Of a DNA stretch of 64,000 nucleotides, positions 29,238 to 36,842 are shown piece by piece. The number at the start of each line of letters is the position of its first letter. Position 1 is the first letter of the stretch. The stretch is from a virus: positions 14,284-78,283 of IMG/VR virus record IMGVR_UViG_3300035041_000007, one strand, 5' to 3'. The position numbers were made by a program, and so were the translations under genes. A model generated the notes under the pieces. The model worked only from the letters and a program-made list of their open reading frames with translations. It did not search any database and was not told the DNA's origin.

Positions 29238-30584
29238 TTAATAGTTGCTTACATCTGATAAAACAATCCTGCCAGATTTACAGATTAAAGCATTGTGATG
29301 TGTCCATGTAGAACCGCCACCTTGGTTATAACCTTGTTTCAAATTTGCCAGAGTTCCCACGGTAATAAAGTCATCTAAGCGTTGCCCGCTATGTGAATGC
29401 CCCACCACCATAGGACGGTTTAGTTTTTGCAATCCAGAACGTGCTCCATTTACGCCCTTATGCCCGTGATTATTTACACAAACACCATGCAAGTTAAGAC
29501 TATCGCCAAGGGCTAAAAACTTAACTCCATGCAATGCAGAAAAATAATGTTCTAGGGCAAATTCTAACATGTTTGGCTGTTCCGTACCGTTGTCTATCAA
29601 ATCCAATTGTGCCGCTTTTAACTCGTGGTACAGTTTAGCATTTACAGGGTCTAGGTGCGGCTGATAAGCGGTATCCGATAGCCAACGTTCAAGCATGTCA
29701 TCATGGTTAGAACGTACAATATATACATTTTTAACCGTATCGGTCAAAACTTTAAAAACCTTGTGTACCTCCGCTATATCATCCAGTACACTGCGCTTTT
29801 GTTGTCTGTATAGGTGCAGCGGATTATTTCTCTCATGTCCGTTCCGGTTTTGAAAATCCAATACATCATGTAGAACCACGGTTTTAATACTATGAAAACT
29901 CAACATATCCAGCGTCTTAGTAAAAGCTGCATTGTCCATACTTTCACAATGCAAATCCCCTAAAACAGCCGTTTTGAACTCATAATCCCAGCCTAGCTGG
30001 TCGGAGTATTCAAGCGGGTATACCTTCCCGTCTTGAATATATAACGCTGCAATTTTATGTTGTTTTTGTGCAACCGCTCCAGCCCTTGCATTTATATAGT
30101 TTGGCAGAGTAATGCATCCCGTTGTGTATACTGTACTTCGGTCTTGACCTTCACCCCTTGGCATTTCTTTTTGTTGCATTTTAGGGCTAGACACTATCGT
30201 TATCCGTTCCCCTTCGTTCAAATCTATCCCCGCATTTACAGGATATTTCGCAGTCGGTAGAATTGAACACCCAGCGTATATAAATATATCATTGATACAT
30301 ATATTATCTTTTACAAGATACGGGTTTATATCGTGGTGGTAGTTTTCGTGCTCATCCTCGACTTGCTTAGAAAATGCGGATTTATTGTATTTTATAGGCA
30401 TAATTAGCAATTCAGCCCCTACCTTGCCCGCGTACATTTCAAGGCTTGCCAAGGCTTGTTTATGTGGTTCTGTATTATTCTGTGCTGCGGTTATTATAAC
30501 ATCGCCCGTTTTACCTTCAAACTTACGAAGATTTGAACTTTTAAACTCAACAATTGGCTGTTCTATGTTTTCTATGCTTTCCAT
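29238..30584 (-). CDS. A1: T5 A1-like protein (metallophosphoesterase-fold DNase, DNA transfer)
   Basis: TAAQNNTEPH, GDLHCE, HDVLDF, SNHDDML.RWL, DPVNAKLYH, HGHKGVNG, GHSH match my recollection of T5 A1. Confidence 0.9.
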   Translation of the reverse strand: MESIENIEQPIVEFKSSNLRKFEGKTGDVIITAAQNNTEPHKQALASLEMYAGKVGAELLIMPIKYNKSAFSKQVEDEHENYHHDINPYLVKDNICINDIFIYAGCSILPTAKYPVNAGIDLNEGERITIVSSPKMQQKEMPRGEGQDRSTVYTTGCITLPNYINARAGAVAQKQHKIAALYIQDGKVYPLEYSDQLGWDYEFKTAVLGDLHCESMDNAAFTKTLDMLSFHSIKTVVLHDVLDFQNRNGHERNNPLHLYRQQKRSVLDDIAEVHKVFKVLTDTVKNVYIVRSNHDDMLERWLSDTAYQPHLDPVNAKLYHELKAAQLDLIDNGTEQPNMLEFALEHYFSALHGVKFLALGDSLNLHGVCVNNHGHKGVNGARSGLQKLNRPMVVGHSHSGQRLDDFITVGTLANLKQGYNQGGGSTWTHHNALICKSGRIVLSDVSNY

Positions 30585-30593
30585 ACTAACTCC

Positions 30594-30686
30594 CTACGTT
30601 AAAAAATAACCAATAAAAATAAGCGGTATTGATAGCATAAATAATGTTATCAGTTCACACAATGCCGTTTTTATATACTTTAACAT
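30594..30686 (-). CDS. 30-aa hydrophobic peptide between A2 and A1 (not in track)
   Basis: MLKYIKTALCELITLFMLSIPLIFIGYFLT*, AGGA RBS. Confidence 0.55.
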   Translation of the reverse strand: MLKYIKTALCELITLFMLSIPLIFIGYFLT

Positions 30687-30740
30687 TTAATTTCCTAACT
30701 ACCGACCTGCTAACATTAGCAGGTCGGTATATTTACAGGT

Positions 30741-31046
30741 TTACTCGACAGCTTGAGCCAAACGCTCAAGGGCAATCTTAGACGCTTTCTCCAATCCGTC
30801 AAGACTACCAGCGTCAAACGCTAATCCTACCTCGATACGTGCCACCAAATCCGGCTTGCGTACAACCGGAGCGCCAGACTTGCTGACCCGCTGTTTTTTC
30901 TGGTACGGGATGCCGTTGCGGGTAGCACTAGCCACGATTGCACGTGGTTTCAAGCTGAATTTTTCAGCAATTTCTTGCGCTTTATTCCAATCCAAAGGTG
31001 CCACATTTTTCATTTCTGCAATTACTACATCAGTAATTCCCGCCAT
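30741..31046 (-). CDS. A2: T5 A2-like DNA-binding protein
   Basis: YQKK..VRKPDLV..I...LDGLEKASK; adjacent to A1. Confidence 0.75.
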   Translation of the reverse strand: MAGITDVVIAEMKNVAPLDWNKAQEIAEKFSLKPRAIVASATRNGIPYQKKQRVSKSGAPVVRKPDLVARIEVGLAFDAGSLDGLEKASKIALERLAQAVE

Positions 31047-31047
31047 G

Positions 31048-31259
31048 ATATAAACTCCCTGCGGATAAATCCGCTTTAATAATTACGCTATAACGATATG
31101 TTATAGCGTTCTGTGCTCATCCCTTGGCTTTATCCGATTCACTACCATTCGGCTTTCAGACCGGAGCGTGAAGGATGAACTATTCAGTTTTAAAAGAGCG
31201 TTTCGTTTATCTTGACTATTATCTTAATCCATTTCGTTTTGCTTGTCAAGGTCTTTTTT
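31048..31259 (-). repeat. 212-bp direct repeat copy 1: promoter + structured leader + RBS for A2
   Basis: Identical to 31456-31667; TTGACA-17 nt-TAAGAT at 31221-31249. Confidence 0.95.
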
Positions 31260-31262
31260 CTA

Positions 31263-31457
31263 TTAAATAACATTGTGGTCTTGGAAGGTTTTAAAAGCGT
31301 TTAATATTTCAATTATCTCATTATTGGTTTTGTCAATAGTATCTGTCTCAAAATTTTCAAATCGAATGAAATTGACAGTATTATTCTTGGTATCAAATAC
31401 TAACTCTGCATCCAGTTTATTATTCATTGCAAATTCTAATACATCTAATCCGGTCAT
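31263..31457 (-). CDS. Hypothetical pre-early protein
   Basis: 64 aa, GGGAG RBS from repeat copy 2. Confidence 0.65.
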   Translation of the reverse strand: MTGLDVLEFAMNNKLDAELVFDTKNNTVNFIRFENFETDTIDKTNNEIIEILNAFKTFQDHNVI

Positions 31458-31667
31458 ATAAACTCCCTGCGGATAAATCCGCTTTAATAATTACGCTATA
31501 ACGATATGTTATAGCGTTCTGTGCTCATCCCTTGGCTTTATCCGATTCACTACCATTCGGCTTTCAGACCGGAGCGTGAAGGATGAACTATTCAGTTTTA
31601 AAAGAGCGTTTCGTTTATCTTGACTATTATCTTAATCCATTTCGTTTTGCTTGTCAAGGTCTTTTTT
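31456..31667 (-). repeat. 212-bp direct repeat copy 2
   Basis: Offset 408 bp from copy 1. Confidence 0.95.
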
Positions 31668-31759
31668 ACTCAAGCCATTTGCCCCGAAGGGCGGCGACCT
31701 TTCAAATCAACCTTTATCTTGACTACAGACTAACAAAACGCCTTGAACCTGTCAAAAAT

Positions 31760-32460
31760 ACAAAACTCAATAATATCAGGTACTTAGAAAAACCACCCTC
31801 AATGATTTCAGGTACTTACAAGAAAAAAGCATGAAAAAATATTTTTTGCATTTTTTCTTTTATCCCGAAAAACTCAATAAAAACAGGTACTTACAAGCGA
31901 CGCCCTGAGATGCGTTCTAAGACCCTTTTATTCACTAAGGTATGCAATGGTATAGGCAAAAATAAATATTCAAGGATTCCAGGCACTTATAAATGTTGGC
32001 ACGGAAATTGTCGTGACTTACAGCTAAAAATAGAACGTTGGTATAATTTAATAAAGCGATTTTAACATTAGAAAATTTTTATAAGCCAGGTGTAACATTA
32101 AAATAAATTTATTTTCCTGGGCTAACATTAGAAAATTTTTATAAGCCAGGTGTAACAGTATTAAAACTATTTAATGAGCCAGGTGCAACAGTATTAAAAC
32201 TATTTAATGTTTGCTCAGCGCCTAAGTAGTAAAGTGATAAAATTATAATGTCCCGCGCCAGTACTAAAACTAGCTAACTCACGGATGTACCTAGCGCCAG
32301 TACCAAAACTATAAGTGCAAAATATATACCTCGCGCCGAGCCCCACATTAGAAAGTTCTAATGTTGCCTATCTGCAAGTCAATAAGTATTAAAATGTTTT
32401 AATTTCTTCAGATAAGATTAAATATCTTTAATTAAGTACAACTAAGATTAAATTTCACCA
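31760..32460. other. ORF-free, repeat-rich region; candidate injection-stop signal / right boundary of terminal repeat
   Basis: Direct repeats (AACATTAGAAAATTTTTATAAGCCAGGTGTAACA x2, CAGTATTAAAACTATTTAATG x2), GCGCC motifs and IHF-like sites between divergent pre-early and early genes. Confidence 0.55.
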
Positions 32461-32476
32461 AAGAAGCCGATTTTCC

Positions 32477-32653
32477 TTGACTTTTCAATTCCATCGCGGT
32501 ATAATATATTTATAAACGATGGGGATAACGGAAATCCTCGACAATTAAATGCGGGAGAAGCAAATACTGTGCTTCTTAATTAGAGGACAGACCCCATCGT
32601 TTATAAAATAACCGAAAAAAGTTCTTGACTTTTCGACTCCATCGCGGTATAAT
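32477..32653 (+). promoter_or_regulatory. Tandem strong early promoters
   Basis: TTGACT-17-TATAAT at 32477-32505 and 32625-32653. Confidence 0.9.
32509..32607 (+). ncRNA. Putative ~100-nt rod-like small RNA 1
   Basis: Perfect 16-bp terminal inverted repeat with nested stems; own promoter; no ORF. Confidence 0.55.
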
Positions 32654-32698
32654 ATATTTATAAACGATGGGGAAAGCCCACAAACAGGAGGTTCCATT

Positions 32699-33043
32699 AT
32701 GGAAACATACCAAGCAAAATGTATGAATGAAGCACAAAAAGGAAATTCTATGACCGAACTAGAGTACTACAAAACACGTGAGAAAATACTTGAAAAAGAA
32801 CTTAGCGAAGCTAATGATGAAATCAATAGACTTAATTTTCTCGTTGCTCAGGAGCTGATGGGCGCCCCAGTGCGCAACAAGCAGATGGAAGCGGAGCTGC
32901 GCACTTTGTTCGAGCTGATCGATGATGAGGATTTCAACCAGGCCCGTGAAAAAATTGCCGCACTGGAAAAACAGTTGGGTGAACACGAACCGGAGCTGAC
33001 CCGTGCCCGGTCGCTGATCACCTTTCTGGAGGGCTCGGAGTAA
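32699..33043 (+). CDS. Chimeric protein: phage coiled-coil N-terminus + C-terminal domain of a PtuA-like AAA ATPase
   Basis: GC jumps from 32% (32761-32850) to 57% (32851-33060); ELMG..R...LFELID...A...L...GEHEPELTRARSLITFLE. Confidence 0.75.
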   Translation: METYQAKCMNEAQKGNSMTELEYYKTREKILEKELSEANDEINRLNFLVAQELMGAPVRNKQMEAELRTLFELIDDEDFNQAREKIAALEKQLGEHEPELTRARSLITFLEGSE

Positions 33044-33129
33044 TGCGCACCATCCAGAAGAACGGAGAACACCGCTCCAACTGCGAAATTGACGACGAAA
33101 TGAAAGAAATTGAAAAGGAGGTTCTCTAA
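33043..33129 (+). CDS. 28-aa chimeric peptide starting with a PtuB/TIGR02646-like N-terminus (MRTIQKNG)
   Basis: TAATG coupling to the upstream ORF; not in track. Confidence 0.5.
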   Translation: MRTIQKNGEHRSNCEIDDEMKEIEKEVL

Positions 33130-33344
33130 TGGCTACTTTCTGGTATGATATTTGTAATGACTACACCCTGCAAATTCGCATGGACCAAAATGACCCAGCT
33201 GATCTTCATGAGTACACTACTGAAGAGCGTGCAACTCTTGAGGATGACTATTCCCTAACTGTCTTTGTTGATGATGATGAGGAAGAAGTGTACCTGCTCT
33301 CAAGTTCCCCCGACCTGCATGGAGATAATTTGTTTAGCGTGTAG
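33129..33344 (+). CDS. Acidic hypothetical protein
   Basis: 71 aa, AAGGAGG RBS, TAATG coupling. Confidence 0.65.
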   Translation: MATFWYDICNDYTLQIRMDQNDPADLHEYTTEERATLEDDYSLTVFVDDDEEEVYLLSSSPDLHGDNLFSV

Positions 33345-33384
33345 ATGTTTCCTCAAAAAAATGAGGATGGAAGGAGGTGAAAAC

Positions 33385-33900
33385 ATGTTAAAAGAATTCT
33401 ACAATAAACTCGGGCGTTCCCCAAAGAACTTCCAGCGATGGGCAAAAAAGCTGCTAATGGAGTTTGTACCAGGTATAGACTATGAAATAGTGAATGGAGA
33501 CTACTCCTTTGAAGCTACTGCAGAGCTAGTAGTAATCTTACGGCTAAAAGAAAAATACCCTAACCATGTAACATATGATGATGTGCATACAGCATTTGCT
33601 AAGGCTGGTATTAGAGTTCACCCGTACGATATGCTAGAAAAGGAACACCTATGGCCAAAAGTGGTGCACGAAGTGCACTCAACTTGGCGCTCCCGTAGAG
33701 CCAATAAGTTTGCTAAACTTGAGGATTACGAAGTGCCCGATGAATTCCATGATGTTGTGTTAGATGATGATACAATAGAATTAATCGCTCCCAAATCAAT
33801 GCTACCAGGGCAAGACTTTGAAGTTGAGGAATCTTCTTCTCCAGTAGATAGAAAAACTGAACGTATAAAATTGGTATTAGAGCTCACCCATACGATATAA
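33385..33900 (+). CDS. AntA/AntB antirepressor-like protein (start revised)
   Basis: MLKEFYNKLG..KNFQRW...FVPGIDY; AAGGAGG RBS. Confidence 0.55.
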   Translation: MLKEFYNKLGRSPKNFQRWAKKLLMEFVPGIDYEIVNGDYSFEATAELVVILRLKEKYPNHVTYDDVHTAFAKAGIRVHPYDMLEKEHLWPKVVHEVHSTWRSRRANKFAKLEDYEVPDEFHDVVLDDDTIELIAPKSMLPGQDFEVEESSSPVDRKTERIKLVLELTHTI

Positions 33901-33902
33901 CC

Positions 33903-33950
33903 TAAACAAATAGCCCATTACCTAATCAAAGGTAGTGGGCTATTTGTTTA
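33903..33950. terminator. Bidirectional terminator between convergent AntA-like genes
   Basis: AAACAAATAGCCCA...TGGGCTATTTGTTT inverted repeat. Confidence 0.8.
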
Positions 33951-34080
33951 TTATCAACCAGCTCGCGCCGACTACAGTATTAAAACTATTTAATGTTTGC
34001 TCAGCGCCGGTTAGCAAGTGCTAATCCTATGAAATTTGCTGTCTGCTTGCGCCCGAGACAGTATTAAAACTATCTAATGT

Positions 34081-34704
34081 TTACAAGTCGTAAATATCAT
34101 ATTCTTTTGGTGGTTCAGTGTCCCTCTTCTCTTCCTCAATTAGCAAACGTTTATTATATTCGCCTAATGCTCTAACTTCATTAGCTTTTGACTCGGTTAA
34201 AATTACATGAATTCGACAACCTCTACTAGATACAATAACTCGTGGTAGTATACCAGCCTCTAACTTTTGTAGCTTGTATGAATTATCTACAATTCCCGCA
34301 AATATTAAATGTTCTAAGCTGACTCCTATCTCTGAAGGCATATAATATCCTTCAGGTATATCTTTTGAAGCTCTGTGGTATCTATTAATATTCCTCATGA
34401 ATTGTGTGTAATATTCCTCGCTAGTAAAACCTTCTATGGAACATTCTACTGGTACAAGGTGTGAAATTATTTCATCCTCGGTATTTTGCGCAACAGCTAG
34501 AATGTGTTCTTTATCTATACTATATTTATCTAACATGATTATAGTTGCTAGAGTTGATAACTTATAGCTTTTTCGTTTAGTACCATGCAGGTTTTGTACT
34601 TCATAATCTACACCCTCTTCCATTGCTGCAAGGGTTTCTTTTGCCCATCGTGCATAATTTGAATCTCGTAGCTCTAAAAACTTGTACAGCTCGTGTAAAT
34701 ACAT
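34081..34704 (-). CDS. AntA/AntB antirepressor-like protein (start revised)
   Basis: MYLHELYKFLEL..SNYARW...EGVDY; AGGAG RBS. Confidence 0.6.
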   Translation of the reverse strand: MYLHELYKFLELRDSNYARWAKETLAAMEEGVDYEVQNLHGTKRKSYKLSTLATIIMLDKYSIDKEHILAVAQNTEDEIISHLVPVECSIEGFTSEEYYTQFMRNINRYHRASKDIPEGYYMPSEIGVSLEHLIFAGIVDNSYKLQKLEAGILPRVIVSSRGCRIHVILTESKANEVRALGEYNKRLLIEEEKRDTEPPKEYDIYDL

Positions 34705-34975
34705 AAATTCTCCTTTTGTAGTTGTATTCATCATCCACGTGATGAATAGTACTGTAGTTGTATTCATCCTCCACGTGATGAATAGTACTGCGATTAAAAT
34801 ATACTTATATTATACTAAAGTTTCAGCTCCTTGTCAAGTAAATTCAGATGGCCGAAAAAATTACTTGACATTTTTCTCAGGGTGCGATATAATATAAGTA
34901 CAAAAATAATGGGAATCCAACAAATAATGCAATCGCCCAAATAGCGCAATCTCGCGGCGAAGCCGCATATCTGCG

Positions 34976-35089
34976 CGTTTTTGGCAGATACATTCGTTTT
35001 TGGCAGATACATTCGTTTTTGGCAGATACATTCGTTTTTGGCAGATACATTCGTTTTTGGCAGATACATTCGTTTTTGGCAGATACATT
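34976..35089. repeat. 6 x 19-bp tandem (CGTTTTTGGCAGATACATT)
   Basis: Copies at 34976, 34995, 35014, 35033, 35052, 35071. Confidence 0.97.
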
Positions 35090-35125
35090 CGATACATTCA
35101 ACCCTAACAGAAAGGAGCTCAGCTA

Positions 35126-35557
35126 TTGCGTATTCGATACATTATTAGCGAAAAGTGGGAATCTAAGTACATAACTGAATTTGTGAACGCTATCGAGTTT
35201 GCAGTGAAATATCTAAAACTCGAGGAACCTAGGAGTATGCTAACAGTTAAGTTAATTAATGGAGATAATGATGAAATTGAGGAGGCTACTGCCGAACATA
35301 TCAAATCAAAGCGATATGAGATCCGTATAGCGCGAAGTCGCTTATGTGATCAACCTCTGAGAGCTGTATTTCATGAGATGGTACATGTGAAGCAATACGT
35401 GAGGGATGGGTTAAAGGTTTTTCCAGATGGGACGACTCTGTACAAGGGAGCTAAGTACACAATCGATGATGTTGAGAGCTATTTGCTAGCACCTTGGGAA
35501 ATGGAAGCGAGAGCTATGGAAGAAGCGTTGATGGTACTTTTTGAGGATGGTGAGTAG
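35126..35557 (+). CDS. Zincin-like metallopeptidase
   Basis: HEMVH motif, YLLAPWEMEA. Confidence 0.75.
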   Translation: MRIRYIISEKWESKYITEFVNAIEFAVKYLKLEEPRSMLTVKLINGDNDEIEEATAEHIKSKRYEIRIARSRLCDQPLRAVFHEMVHVKQYVRDGLKVFPDGTTLYKGAKYTIDDVESYLLAPWEMEARAMEEALMVLFEDGE

Positions 35558-35810
35558 TTGACCTATTCACCAAATGGCGCAGGTTAGCCCGCGCAGCGGG
35601 CAGTTTGCGCTATCTGTGTGATACTCAAATTTTTGAGGAATGATACTCAAATTTTTGAGGAATGATGTGAAATCTCAAGAGTATGATATGTCATTCGAAA
35701 ATCTGAGTAATATCTATTTTACCAAACAGCGCAGTCTGGTCGCTGCGCGACCTAATTAGCGCAAACCAGTAAATAACTAGTAATAACAGGATGCAACGTA
35801 GCAAAATGGA

Positions 35811-36155
35811 GTGATTATGAAATATTCTGAGAGTGAAGAAAAATTGATGACTGAAACCTACACAGCTGCTGAAGATAAGCAAGAGGCTGTAATGGAATTA
35901 GTAGAACAACTAGGGCGTAGTAAGACTAGTGTGATAGCTAAGCTTACTAGTATGGGGATTTATCAGAAGAAAAAGGTTTATCAGCCGAAAAGTGGAATAA
36001 CTAAGAAAGAAATGATACACAGGATAGCAATGGCAGTAGATGCTGAGCCTGAGTATTTGCAAGGAATTGAAAAATCTGCTAAACCTGCATTAGAATATTT
36101 AATGAAACGAACTGAAGCAGAAATTGAATTGTTAAAATCTGAGATAGAAGATTAA
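35811..36155 (+). CDS. A2/D3-like DNA-binding protein paralog
   Basis: SVIAKL..MGIYQKK...LQGIEKSAK shares its pattern with 30741-31046. Confidence 0.6.
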   Translation: MIMKYSESEEKLMTETYTAAEDKQEAVMELVEQLGRSKTSVIAKLTSMGIYQKKKVYQPKSGITKKEMIHRIAMAVDAEPEYLQGIEKSAKPALEYLMKRTEAEIELLKSEIED

Positions 36156-36488
36156 AATAGAATAGATACAAGGGATACAACCATTACCCCAATGCAGCAA
36201 ACTGCTCGCTACGCGAGCTAATTGCTGTAATTGGGGTAATTTTGTTTCTAATACTAGAGAAACGAGAAAAATTTAAGAGAAATCTAGAGAAAAGAGAAGA
36301 ACGAGTAAAATTTAAGAGAAATCTAGAGAGAAGGCGGAACTTTCAATTAAATCGGTTCAATTTAAGGAAAGAGAGAAGGATGTAAAAAACGAAAAAATTT
36401 ACAGTTTTACAATAGATACAGCTTTCCTCTTAACGGATTTTATTAGTTATTTAAATTAACTCTTAAAAATTAATATAACTTTTTATTC

Positions 36489-36589
36489 CCATGCATTATA
36501 CGGAACCGTCATCGTCTTGAGCATCGTTCCTAAACCTCTCGCGGGAGGTCACTTATGCTCTAGCGATCACGATTCCGTATAACGCATGG
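36489..36589 (-). ncRNA. Putative ~100-nt rod-like small RNA 2
   Basis: 17-bp outer stem, nested stems; promoter TTGAAT-17-TAAAAT at 36610-36638 on the minus strand; no ORF. Confidence 0.55.
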
Positions 36590-36762
36590 TTCATTTTGTT
36601 ATACTATATATTTTATCACATTTCAACAAAAAATTCAAGAACAATTTTTAATTTGGGATGTTAGAACTGAAAGATTTATGGTTTTTATTAGAAATTTTTA
36701 TTCTCAGATATCCCAGATGCACAGAATGGCACTAATATGCGACTTCGTCGCGAGATTAGTGC

Positions 36763-36842
36763 TATTTGGTGGAAATGTGGCTATTTGGTGGAAATGTGGG
36801 TATTTGGTGGAAATGTGGGTATTTGGTGGAAATGTGGGTATT
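36763..36842. repeat. 4 x 19-bp tandem (TATTTGGTGGAAATGTGGS)
   Basis: Copies at 36763, 36782, 36801, 36820. Confidence 0.95.

Noticed and set aside
31060-31200. Hammerhead or other self-cleaving ribozyme in the duplicated leader
   Set aside because: No CUGAUGA...GAAA core in correct stem context
34815-35101. Three minus-strand ORFs over the 19-bp array
   Set aside because: Products of the repeat period; no RBS; repetitive translation
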